From assembly GCA_944383405.1 (NCBI GenBank), contig CALWPL010000004.1:64276-128275 (forward strand): a stretch of DNA of 64,000 bases, written 5' to 3'. The notes under the pieces were generated by a model. The model saw only the letters and a program-made list of their open reading frames with translations, was not told where the DNA came from and did not search any database. Position numbers and translations under genes: made by a program. How positions within the stretch are numbered: position 1 is the first letter of the stretch; the number at the start of each line of letters is the position of its first letter. Positions 46,061 to 55,228 of this stretch are shown in pieces. Source of the stretch: an uncultured Clostridia bacterium. GTDB taxonomy: Bacteria; Bacillota; Clostridia; Christensenellales; UBA1242.

Positions 46061-46879
46061 TTAAACTCTTTCGATAAATCTTTCAATTAAACTTAAATAA
46101 TAATTACTTGCACATTTTCTATTATAAACTATATCTTCATGCTTAACCCCACTTTCTGAAAAATAAGAACCATAATTAGTTACAAGTCCGACAAGGGCAA
46201 CAGGAAGTTTGCAATATTTTGCTGCAATAACTTCACAGCAAACATTAAACCCAGTTATATCCCCACCAATCAATTTAGAAAATTTAGATTCACTTACAGT
46301 CTCTACCGATGGTCCGTTAAATTCAACAAAAATTCCCTTTTTAACTTTTATCCCTAAATCATGTTTTGCAGTTGAAACTAATGTATCAATCATTTGTACA
46401 TTATAAGGAGAAATCATATCAACAAATAAATTACCATATTTTGTATAATCACATCTAAAAAGCGGATTTCTACCAGTCAAATTAATATGGTCAACAGCAG
46501 TTACTATATCTCCAACTTTTATTTTTGGATTAATTGAACCCACCGAAGCGCTTAATATAAGTTCATCTGCTCCAAGTTCTTTTAAAATAAAAATTAAATT
46601 TGCAATATCACTTGTATCATATCCAAAATTATAGTGAATTCTACCAAGAACAATAATAACATCTTTGTTTTTTATCTTTCCAAATACAAATTTATTTTCT
46701 TCTTTATCGTCGCCTAAAACTTTAAAATTTGGTATTTCGCTAAATTTTAATTCAATTTTTTCCTCAACTCTATTTAAAAAATCTGAAAAACCACTACCAA
46801 TTATTAGTGCTGTTGAATGAATTTTAACATTTACAATTTTGTTGATGTACTCGACTATTTCATCAATATGATTTGACAT
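46061..46879 (-). CDS. purine nucleoside phosphorylase family protein (PunA-like, divergent)
   Basis: 272 aa with IIGSGFS, GRIHYNFGY, GPSVETVSE and VTNYG aligning to trimeric PNP. The hallmark GMSTVPE reads GFNVCCE. Confidence 0.6.
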   Translation of the reverse strand: MSNHIDEIVEYINKIVNVKIHSTALIIGSGFSDFLNRVEEKIELKFSEIPNFKVLGDDKEENKFVFGKIKNKDVIIVLGRIHYNFGYDTSDIANLIFILKELGADELILSASVGSINPKIKVGDIVTAVDHINLTGRNPLFRCDYTKYGNLFVDMISPYNVQMIDTLVSTAKHDLGIKVKKGIFVEFNGPSVETVSESKFSKLIGGDITGFNVCCEVIAAKYCKLPVALVGLVTNYGSYFSESGVKHEDIVYNRKCASNYYLSLIERFIERV

Positions 46880-46940
46880 AATAGTAAATCCCCTTTTAAT
46901 TATTCATAGTAATTTTACCATAGTCAAAATAAAAAAACTA

Positions 46941-47543
46941 CTAAAACACAAAAATTTTACAAATTATCCATATTAAAAAGCCTTGTAAAATAATTGATAC
47001 TAAGATTAAACCGCCAAAAAAGAGTAATATCTTTAATTCATTACCTCTTATTTGACAATTTCCGTAAATGTGCATTTGCCTGTTATAACAAGCCATTCTA
47101 AAGCCAAAAATTAAAACAAATGATAAAATTAAAATTTGCCAAATCAAAAATCCGAGTATCCCAATTAAAAGCCCTTTTAGTACTCCAAAAAAAGTAAATA
47201 TTACACAAATATCTACTCCCATTAAAAAACTAAAATATAAAACACCTGTAATAAATAAAACATATCCAAACCTAAGGTAAGACAAAAAATAAATTAAAAA
47301 TAAAAGACCAAACAAAATTAAGGTTTTAATTAAAATAAAACCAAGTGTAGAATAATTTTTACATAATAAATTTCTAAGCGCAAAACCTTGAATAAAATTA
47401 AGACTTAAAGTCTCGTTTGATTTTAATGCACAAAAAATGCCAGTAGTAAAACCAAGTAGTATTATAATGATAATTGAAATAATTAACGCCTTATTTAAAC
47501 TAAAAAATCTCTTTATATTATCAAAAAAATAACTGCTTTTCAC
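46941..47543 (-). CDS. spoIIM: stage II sporulation protein M (tentative)
   Basis: 200-aa polytopic membrane protein whose size and topology match SpoIIM. It neighbours spo0A and the punA-like gene. Sequence similarity was judged by eye only. Confidence 0.45.
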   Translation of the reverse strand: MKSSYFFDNIKRFFSLNKALIISIIIIILLGFTTGIFCALKSNETLSLNFIQGFALRNLLCKNYSTLGFILIKTLILFGLLFLIYFLSYLRFGYVLFITGVLYFSFLMGVDICVIFTFFGVLKGLLIGILGFLIWQILILSFVLIFGFRMACYNRQMHIYGNCQIRGNELKILLFFGGLILVSIILQGFLIWIICKIFVF

Positions 47544-47572
47544 ATACTATTTATATTAAAATCTTGTCCATT

Positions 47573-48283
47573 TTAGACCTGTATCATTTTTAATCTATCA
47601 TACAGTTGAGAAACTGCATAAGTTATAAAACCTTTATTTGTAACATTTTCGCCAAGTGGAAACTTATCTTTATTTGCAACAGCATGTCTAATTGCTTTCC
47701 TTATACCAAGTTCAACACAAGTAATACTAACACAATACATTTGGGCTAATGTAACATAAACTTCTTTTGATAATTTTCTTAAAATACATCTTTTTTGAAT
47801 ATAATAATTTATTGCGTCAATTAACATAGAAAAACCATTACTTTTTGGAGAAAATCCCCAATCGCAAAGTTGTTTGCTAATTAATGCTCTATATGATTTA
47901 GACAAAACCTCACAATCAACGACTTCTTCATTAAAGAAATTATCAAACATTTTATTAAGTTCATCTTCAAAGGTATCATCTAAATGTATGTAATAAAATT
48001 CTTTACCATAGTCTATATCTTGCTTAATAATAAATACAATTTTATCAACAAACCCACCTAGTACCATCTTTTTAAGAAGGGATAAAGACCTTTCATCTAA
48101 CTCACTTCTAGTCAAATCAAGTATAAGATATCTGACAGATAAATCTTTATTTAAAATTAAACTATCTATATCATCAACATACAAAACACCCTTCCCTTTT
48201 TTGCCTAAAATTTCTTTTACTCTCTTTGCAAGAATTATATCTTTTTCTTTTGAATAAAAATTAATAATATATTTAATTTTCAT
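47573..48283 (-). CDS. spo0A: Spo0A-family sporulation transcription factor with degenerate receiver domain
   Basis: The C-terminal half matches the Spo0A effector domain (GFSPKSNGFSMLIDAI, VELGIRKAIRHAV, TNKGFITYAVSQLYDRL). It sits directly downstream of spoIVB, the canonical locus. The N-terminal half lacks the DD/T/K receiver signature. Confidence 0.75.
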   Translation of the reverse strand: MKIKYIINFYSKEKDIILAKRVKEILGKKGKGVLYVDDIDSLILNKDLSVRYLILDLTRSELDERSLSLLKKMVLGGFVDKIVFIIKQDIDYGKEFYYIHLDDTFEDELNKMFDNFFNEEVVDCEVLSKSYRALISKQLCDWGFSPKSNGFSMLIDAINYYIQKRCILRKLSKEVYVTLAQMYCVSITCVELGIRKAIRHAVANKDKFPLGENVTNKGFITYAVSQLYDRLKMIQV

Positions 48284-48404
48284 ATGTTACTCCTTAGGAA
48301 GTTTTTGAAAAGTTAATAAACTTTCATTAGGAGTTTAACATAATTTTTGATGATTGTCTACAATTTTTTACAATATTTTTAAAATTTTACAAAAATATTA
48401 AAAA

Positions 48405-49661
48405 TTATTGATTTAACATCCAATCTATATACACCCCAAACCCTTTACTTGGATCACTAACAAACACATGAGTAACAGCACCTACAATTTTATTATCCTG
48501 AATAATAGGGCTTCCACTCATTCCCTGAACAATTCCGCCAGTTCTATTTAATAAATCCTCATCTATTACTCTTATAACCATACTTTTGTCGTTAGAATAG
48601 TTCTGAAAATTGGTTTTTATAATTTCTATATCAAAAGTTTCAACATGAGTGCCATCAATACAACATCTGATTTGCGCTTTGCCGGGTTTTACAGATAGCC
48701 TTCCACCAATTTCATATTCCTGAGTATTTGAAAACAAAACACTTCCATCGTTTATATTCCCAAAAACGCCATAATCATTATTTTTTTCAACAACACCCTG
48801 CTCGTTCTTCCCCTGCATAAAGAGTCCCTTAATCTCGCCTGGATTACCACTCGTCCCCTTATTTACTCCCAAAATTGAACAATTATACACTTTACCTTCT
48901 TTTAAACTAATTTTGCTCTTTGTATCACTATCACAAATAGGATGCCCTAACGCACCAAATCTATTGTTATCTCCAATATAAGTTAATGTTCCTATACCTG
49001 ACGCATCATCTCTAACCCAGATTCCAAGTTTATAATCTTGACTCTTTACATCATAACAAGGTTTTACACGAGCCGTAAGTTCCTTATTTTTTCTAATCAA
49101 TTTTATTTCGAGTTCTCTATCCTGATTTTTTTCTTCATTTATTATTCTTGAAATACTAGAAACATTTTCCACTGTTTCATTCTCAATTTGTTTTATCACA
49201 TCTCCTATCTTTAATATATTCTCGTCTAAAACATCTCGCTCTCCGTCAACTGTTGTAACAGGACTACTACCCACAATTAAAACCCCATCTGTTTTTAGTA
49301 CAAGACCAATTGCAGCCCCGCTTGCAAGTACTTTGTTCGAACGAATCATTTTTATCTTTTGAAATTTAATTGGAATTAAATTAAAAAGCCTAAACTCAAT
49401 TTCAGGCTCATAAATTTCATTTTCATTTTGCTTAATCGTATTTACAACACTATCTTCTTTTATCCGTGCACAAACAAAAGGGCCAAAAAAACCTTCTTTT
49501 TCAATTTCAGACAACTCATTTGAAGTAATAAAAGCACAGTCAGATAATAAATTAATTTTACTAAACGGAATATTTAGTAAAATACAAGTTAAAATTCCAA
49601 TAACCAGAATTATTAAAATAAAACTAAACCATTTTTTTCTTATTGCTTTAGTTGCCACCAT
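48405..49661 (-). CDS. spoIVB: SpoIVB peptidase (S55)
   Basis: 418 aa with an N-terminal TM, a PDZ-like region (IGDVIKQIENETV) and a protease domain with GTLTYI, GALGH and GMSGSPII. Confidence 0.9.
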   Translation of the reverse strand: MVATKAIRKKWFSFILIILVIGILTCILLNIPFSKINLLSDCAFITSNELSEIEKEGFFGPFVCARIKEDSVVNTIKQNENEIYEPEIEFRLFNLIPIKFQKIKMIRSNKVLASGAAIGLVLKTDGVLIVGSSPVTTVDGERDVLDENILKIGDVIKQIENETVENVSSISRIINEEKNQDRELEIKLIRKNKELTARVKPCYDVKSQDYKLGIWVRDDASGIGTLTYIGDNNRFGALGHPICDSDTKSKISLKEGKVYNCSILGVNKGTSGNPGEIKGLFMQGKNEQGVVEKNNDYGVFGNINDGSVLFSNTQEYEIGGRLSVKPGKAQIRCCIDGTHVETFDIEIIKTNFQNYSNDKSMVIRVIDEDLLNRTGGIVQGMSGSPIIQDNKIVGAVTHVFVSDPSKGFGVYIDWMLNQ

Positions 49662-49903
49662 AGTTATAGTTTAAATTAGAATGAAAAAATTATGTAAGAA
49701 AATATTTGAAATTTATCCTGCAACCCCATTTAAAAAATTTTCAAAAAATATCTAAGAAAAAAAATTTATTTGTTTTAATCATAACTTCAGCAAAAACAAG
49801 TAAGAAAGTTGAACGCAACAAAGAAACTAATTTTTAATAAATTTTAGAATAGTAAAATTTTTATTTCCATTAGTTTATAATCTGCATAAATTAAAACAAA
49901 TAC

Positions 49904-51601
49904 TTAAATTTGTGCTTTATATTCATTACATCTTTCTTTTAATTCTTTTGCATGACTTAGCGATACCTGACTATTTTGAGCGCCTCCAGATAGTCTTGCA
50001 ATCTCTTTAAAAACATCTATACCATCAAGTTCTTGAACACTAACCACAGTATTATCTTCAACAACTTTTTTACTTACATAAATATTTTTATCTGCCATAG
50101 CACATATCTGCGGTAGATGAGATACAGATATAACTTGATGATTTCTTGAAATATTCGCAAGTTTACAAGCAACCTTATATCCCATTTCTCCACTTATTCC
50201 AGTATCAATTTCATCAAAAACCATGAGATCAATATTATCAACATCTGCAAGAATATTTTTTAATGCAAGCATAAACCTACTCGCTTCTCCACCTGAAATA
50301 ATCTCGCTTAATAATTTTAAATCCTGACCAGCATTTGCTGAAAATAAGAATTTTACTTCGTCTATCCCGTTAGAAGATAAATAGTTTTCTATTAGGTTTT
50401 CTTCTGGAAGATTTCTAAAACTAACTTTAAACCTAGCATTTTTCATCCCCAGGTCATAAAGTTCTTTATTAGTCCTTTTTTCAAAGTCTTCTGCAACTTG
50501 AACTCTTAAATTATGCAATTCAAGCGCAGTTAAATAAACTTCATTTAATATGCTTTCTTTTTCCTTTAATAATTTTTTTAAAATATCTTTTGAATTTAAA
50601 ATTTCATCATATTCTTTTTTTGACTTCTCAAAAAATTTAAAAACATCTTCTAGCGTTGGTCCGTATTTTCTTTTTATTTGTTTTATTTTATCAAGCCTTT
50701 CATCAACTTCTTCAAATTCATACTCATCAAAATTACATTCATCTTTTCTTTCTTTAAGAGTACTTGCTATATCCATAGCCTCATATTTAATATTATCAAT
50801 TCTCTCAACAAGTTCTCCCAATGAATCATCATATTTTATAATATTGCTCAAATTTAAACTCGCTCTTTTAAGACTTTGAATAATGGCATCACTAGTATCA
50901 AAAATATTATAGGCAGAGTTTAATCCATCATAAATTTTTTCTGAGTTTTGCATTAAAAGTTTTCTTTGTTCTAATTCTTCATCTTCATTTTCTTTTATAT
51001 CAGCATTTTCTATTTCCTTTATCTGATAGTCTAGAAGGTCTAATAATCTCTCTTGATTTTGAGTTGAGCCATTCAACTTTTGAATTTCTTTATTTATATC
51101 TCTTAATTTATTATATGCTTCACTGTACTTTTTAAAAATTACATCACCCTTAAGAAAGTTATCTAAAATTTCAATATGATATTTGTCAGACAATATTTTT
51201 TGATGCTCATGCTGCCCATGTATATCAACAAGTAAAAGCGATAATTTTTTTAAACTACCAACAGGAACAATACTGCCATTAACTCTCAACTCTCCCCTAC
51301 CATCAGAATTTAGTCTTCTAGAAATTACTAGTTCGTCATCTAATTCAATGTCAAGTTCATATAAAATTTTTTTAACATCTTCTATAAAAGGAGCAGAAAA
51401 ACAGGCTACAACTTTCATAAACTCGCAACCTTGTTTAATTAAACTCTTACTCGCCTTGCCCCCTAAAACAAAACTTAAAGAATCAATAATAATACTTTTA
51501 CCTGCACCAGTTTCGCCGGTTAAAACATTTAAACCATCAGAAAATTCTAAACTAACCTTATCAATTAATGCAACATTTTGGATATCAATAGTTTTTAACA
51601 T
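49904..51601 (-). CDS. recN: DNA repair protein RecN
   Basis: 565 aa with Walker A GETGAGKS, a long coiled coil, signature SGGEASR and Walker B MVFDEIDTG. Confidence 0.95.
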   Translation of the reverse strand: MLKTIDIQNVALIDKVSLEFSDGLNVLTGETGAGKSIIIDSLSFVLGGKASKSLIKQGCEFMKVVACFSAPFIEDVKKILYELDIELDDELVISRRLNSDGRGELRVNGSIVPVGSLKKLSLLLVDIHGQHEHQKILSDKYHIEILDNFLKGDVIFKKYSEAYNKLRDINKEIQKLNGSTQNQERLLDLLDYQIKEIENADIKENEDEELEQRKLLMQNSEKIYDGLNSAYNIFDTSDAIIQSLKRASLNLSNIIKYDDSLGELVERIDNIKYEAMDIASTLKERKDECNFDEYEFEEVDERLDKIKQIKRKYGPTLEDVFKFFEKSKKEYDEILNSKDILKKLLKEKESILNEVYLTALELHNLRVQVAEDFEKRTNKELYDLGMKNARFKVSFRNLPEENLIENYLSSNGIDEVKFLFSANAGQDLKLLSEIISGGEASRFMLALKNILADVDNIDLMVFDEIDTGISGEMGYKVACKLANISRNHQVISVSHLPQICAMADKNIYVSKKVVEDNTVVSVQELDGIDVFKEIARLSGGAQNSQVSLSHAKELKERCNEYKAQI

Positions 51602-51781
51602 ATAAAAATTATAACAAAAATAAACAATAAACGCAATCTTTTAGTTATAAATCAATATTAATGTAATAAAAATATATTATTAATATATTAAAATTAATTA
51701 AATATACCTTAAATAAAATTATGCTTTTAAATACAACCTTTAAAGAATCATTTAAATTTAGTAAAACAAATTAAAATAAGA

Positions 51782-52237
51782 CTAACAATTTACAATGCCT
51801 TCTATTTTATTTAAACAATATTCGGCTTCTAAATTATCAGAAAAAATAATAACAACCGTATCAATCCCATTAACTATCCCAAGCACATTTTCAAAATTAA
51901 GCCTATCAAATATAGAGCATACACTACCTGCAAGACCTTTTAGAGTCTTTACTATCACAATGTTATTTACCACTTTAATAGAAATAAGAGATTCTTTTAA
52001 CATAAATATGTACTTATTAGAAGTTTGACTCTGCGTATCTGCTAAGGCATATTTATATTTTCCAGTTTCGTTTGACAAGATTTTTATAAGACCAAGTTCT
52101 TTTATATCTCTACTTATAGTTGCTTGAGTAACATCAAATTTGTTAGTTTTAAGTTTTGAAACAAGGTCATCTTGCGTTTCAATTTCATACAAAGAAATAA
52201 GTTCTAAAATCTTTGATTGTCTACTGCTCCTTGCCAT
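51782..52237 (-). CDS. argR: arginine repressor
   Basis: 151 aa. Winged-helix N-terminus (RQSKILELI...TQATISRDIKELGL) and C-terminal oligomerisation domain (GTIAGDDT equivalent: GIVNGIDTVVII). Confidence 0.9.
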   Translation of the reverse strand: MARSSRQSKILELISLYEIETQDDLVSKLKTNKFDVTQATISRDIKELGLIKILSNETGKYKYALADTQSQTSNKYIFMLKESLISIKVVNNIVIVKTLKGLAGSVCSIFDRLNFENVLGIVNGIDTVVIIFSDNLEAEYCLNKIEGIVNC

Positions 52238-52387
52238 AACTCAAAACCTCCGAAATAATTATTCATTCCTGATGTTTTGATTATACATTTTTTATAATAA
52301 TTATGCAATAGCATTTGTATAATTATTCATTTTAAAAATTTATATTTATGCATTATGACTAATAAAAATAAATTTATATATGAATAT

Positions 52388-53017
52388 TTATAAATCTTGT
52401 CTATAATCTTCTCTATTTAAGCGGCTTTTATGATTTTTATCTTTTTTTTGAAACTTTAGTAAAAGTAATATTTTTGCCGTTTTTTTAACTATTTCACTTG
52501 CATGATTTACTGCATAATTTTTTGAAATGGCTTTAAATAAAACTGTAAGCCCCGCAATTAAAGCACTTATAAATGCCCCTAATAATAAGTTAAAGGTCTC
52601 AATTGGAATGCAATTTGAAATAATATATGCAATCATCGTTCCACTAACACCACACAAAATTCCACATATATCCCCCACAACATCACATAGTATTGATGAA
52701 ACCTTATCAGAAGATTTAATAAGCCGTAAACACTTCTCAAATATTTTTTTATCTAAGTTTTGTTTTTTTAATTCTTCTATTTGACAAGAAGTAATTGCAA
52801 GGCCTATCATATCAGAAAAAACATTCAAAAACATAAAGACTACTAATAAAATGACTGCGACAATTACATTGCTTTTATGAAGAATTATTTCTGAGAACAA
52901 TGTTAATAATAATGACAAACAAAGAGCCAATATACTTATCTTAATAAACCAAATATATTTTTTTCTTTCCCTTATTTTTGAGATTTCTACCTTATTGTTT
53001 TTATTATATATAATCAT
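52388..53017 (-). CDS. membrane protein, function unknown
   Basis: 209 aa with about 4 TM segments and an AAGAAGG SD. I recognise no family motif. Confidence 0.5.
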   Translation of the reverse strand: MIIYNKNNKVEISKIRERKKYIWFIKISILALCLSLLLTLFSEIILHKSNVIVAVILLVVFMFLNVFSDMIGLAITSCQIEELKKQNLDKKIFEKCLRLIKSSDKVSSILCDVVGDICGILCGVSGTMIAYIISNCIPIETFNLLLGAFISALIAGLTVLFKAISKNYAVNHASEIVKKTAKILLLLKFQKKDKNHKSRLNREDYRQDL

Positions 53018-53046
53018 ATATACCTTCTTAACAATTCTTCCATAAC

Positions 53047-53082
53047 AAAAAATGCCTCACTTATATATATGAGACATTTTTT
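53047..53082 (-). terminator. intrinsic terminator-like hairpin about 30 nt upstream of the 52388-53017 gene
   Basis: On the minus strand: AATGTCTCA-tatatataag-TGAGGCATT (8/9 pairs) followed by TTTTTG. Confidence 0.6.
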
Positions 53083-53279
53083 AATTTTATAATTAATTCA
53101 CAAATTTTTATTAAAGTTATTTCAAAACTTAAAAATATTTTTACTTAAATAAATTTTATTTTTAAAATACAAGTTTTTAATTAAACCTAAATTCAATGTT
53201 ATTTTAATAATAATTTAAAAATTACAGTTGGTCTAAAAAATTTTTTGTAAATTATTAATTAATTTAAAAATTTTTATTT

Positions 53280-54998
53280 TTAAATTTCCTTATTTGTTGA
53301 CATGATTTCAATAATCTTATCTAACGCATTTTGAACTTCTACCATAATAATCTCGCCTGTCTTTCTTAGTTTAATTTCAACCATATTGTTTTGTAAACTT
53401 CTTGGGCTAATTAAAACTCTTATTGGCATACCAATTAAATCTGCATCCGCAAACTTAACTCCTGGCATTACATCCCTATCATCAATTAAGACCTCTATTT
53501 TTCTTGATTGCAAGTCATGATATAATTTACTTGAAACACTAGCAACATTCTCATCATCAAGTCTTAGGGGCACAATATGAATTTTATAAGGAGCAACACT
53601 TAGTGGCATGCAAATTCCATTTTCATCAGAATTTTCTTCTATAACACAAGCAAGATTTCTTCCAACCCCAATTCCATAACAGCCCATTATAGGATTAATT
53701 TCCTGTTCATCCTTTGTTTTAACAAACATACCCATTGATTTAGAATACTTTGTTCCTAGTTGAAAAATATTTCCTATTTCTATACCATTTGAAACTCTAA
53801 GAGGCTTGTTACAATTTGGACAAGGGTCTCCATTCTTTACCTTTGAGATATCAAAGTATTCAACCGCTCCATAATCTCTTTCTATATTGAAATTTACATA
53901 GTGATATTGGTTCTTATTCGCCCCAGTTACAAGATTAGTAAGCCCTTTCAAACTCAAATCAAAGAAAATTTTTGTATTCTTTGCTTTTAAATCTTTAGGC
54001 CCTATATTTCCCGCACAAAAATCATCATCATTTGAAGCATCATAAGGTACAACTTCCTTTTTACAAAGCCTTCTTAATTTTGTTTCGTTAATCTCTTTAT
54101 CTCCCCTTGTAAAACAAACAACGCTACCTTGTTCTCCCTTTATAGCAAAGACAACCGCTTTAATACATTTTTTAGGACTCATTTTCAAATAATTGGAAAC
54201 TTCTTCTATGTCTTTTGCTTCTGCTGTATAAACTTCTTCTAATGGCAGCACATCTTCTTGTATGCTATTGTGATAAACACATTCAGCAACTTCTTGATTA
54301 GCCCTATAATCACAATGCTCACATAAAACAAGTTCATCTTCACCATTTTCGTTTAAGTACATAAACTCGTGAGACATATTACCACCAAACATACCATTAT
54401 CGCTCTTAACAGATATAACATTGCGTCCTAGTCCAATTCTCTTATAAATTCTTTCATACGCTTTAAACATTACTTCATAATAGTCTTCTAAGTCATCTTG
54501 CGACAAATGAAAAGAATAAGCGTCCTTCATAGTAAACTCTCTTACTCTTATGAGTCCTCCACGACTTCTTGGTTCATCACGAAATTTTGTTTGAATTTGA
54601 TATATCATACATGGAAGTTGTGTGTAACTATTGACCCAATTTTTTGCCAAATGAACTGCTGCTTCTTCATGGGTCATACCAAGAAGCATTGGTCTGTTTG
54701 CCCTGTCAGTAAATCGCACCATTTCACTACCAATAGCAGAATATCTTCCACTCATATCCCAAAGTTCCTTTGGCATTACGACTGGAAATTTTACTTCCTG
54801 CCCTTCGCACAAATTCATTTCTTCCCTTATAATATTTTCTATATTTAAACACGCCTTTTGCCCAAGAGCCGTTAAAGAATAAATCCCATTAGCGACCTGT
54901 TTCATGTAACCCGCCCTTAAAAGCAATATATGATTTTTCATTTTCGCATCACTTGGCGTTTCTTTTGTTCTTTCTCCTACTAATTTACTTAATCTCAT
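53280..54998 (-). CDS. proS: proline--tRNA ligase (bacterial type with INS editing domain)
   Basis: 572 aa with class II motifs (FRDEPRSRGGLIRVREF, GCYGIGVGR) and an editing insertion. It starts 14 nt after the xseB stop. Confidence 0.95.
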   Translation of the reverse strand: MRLSKLVGERTKETPSDAKMKNHILLLRAGYMKQVANGIYSLTALGQKACLNIENIIREEMNLCEGQEVKFPVVMPKELWDMSGRYSAIGSEMVRFTDRANRPMLLGMTHEEAAVHLAKNWVNSYTQLPCMIYQIQTKFRDEPRSRGGLIRVREFTMKDAYSFHLSQDDLEDYYEVMFKAYERIYKRIGLGRNVISVKSDNGMFGGNMSHEFMYLNENGEDELVLCEHCDYRANQEVAECVYHNSIQEDVLPLEEVYTAEAKDIEEVSNYLKMSPKKCIKAVVFAIKGEQGSVVCFTRGDKEINETKLRRLCKKEVVPYDASNDDDFCAGNIGPKDLKAKNTKIFFDLSLKGLTNLVTGANKNQYHYVNFNIERDYGAVEYFDISKVKNGDPCPNCNKPLRVSNGIEIGNIFQLGTKYSKSMGMFVKTKDEQEINPIMGCYGIGVGRNLACVIEENSDENGICMPLSVAPYKIHIVPLRLDDENVASVSSKLYHDLQSRKIEVLIDDRDVMPGVKFADADLIGMPIRVLISPRSLQNNMVEIKLRKTGEIIMVEVQNALDKIIEIMSTNKEI

Positions 54999-55012
54999 GC
55001 TTTTCTCCTTTT

Positions 55013-55228
55013 TTATTCTTCGTTATCATCGTTTTGTGGAGTTAAATTATCAAGTTCCTGTTTTAATATAGTTATTTTGCCTTTACTGTCATCTAAAACT
55101 TTATAACATTCTTTTGCTAATTTTACACCTTCTTCATAAAGTTTTGTTGCTTCTTCAAGTGATAAATCCTCTTTTTCTAACTTATTTATTATTTCTTGAA
55201 GCCTTTGATTATTTTCTTCAAAATTCAT
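55013..55228 (-). CDS. xseB: exodeoxyribonuclease VII small subunit
   Basis: 71 aa with FEENNQRLQEIINKLEKEDLSLEEATKLYEEGVKLAKEC. Confidence 0.9.
   Translation of the reverse strand: MNFEENNQRLQEIINKLEKEDLSLEEATKLYEEGVKLAKECYKVLDDSKGKITILKQELDNLTPQNDDNEE

Noticed and set aside
49688-49718. Forespore sigma-F/G-like promoter upstream of spoIVB (GGATAA - 18 nt - CATAATT on the minus strand)
   Set aside because: It is only a partial match to remembered consensus sequences, in very AT-rich DNA where such matches arise by chance. It is not reported as a feature.
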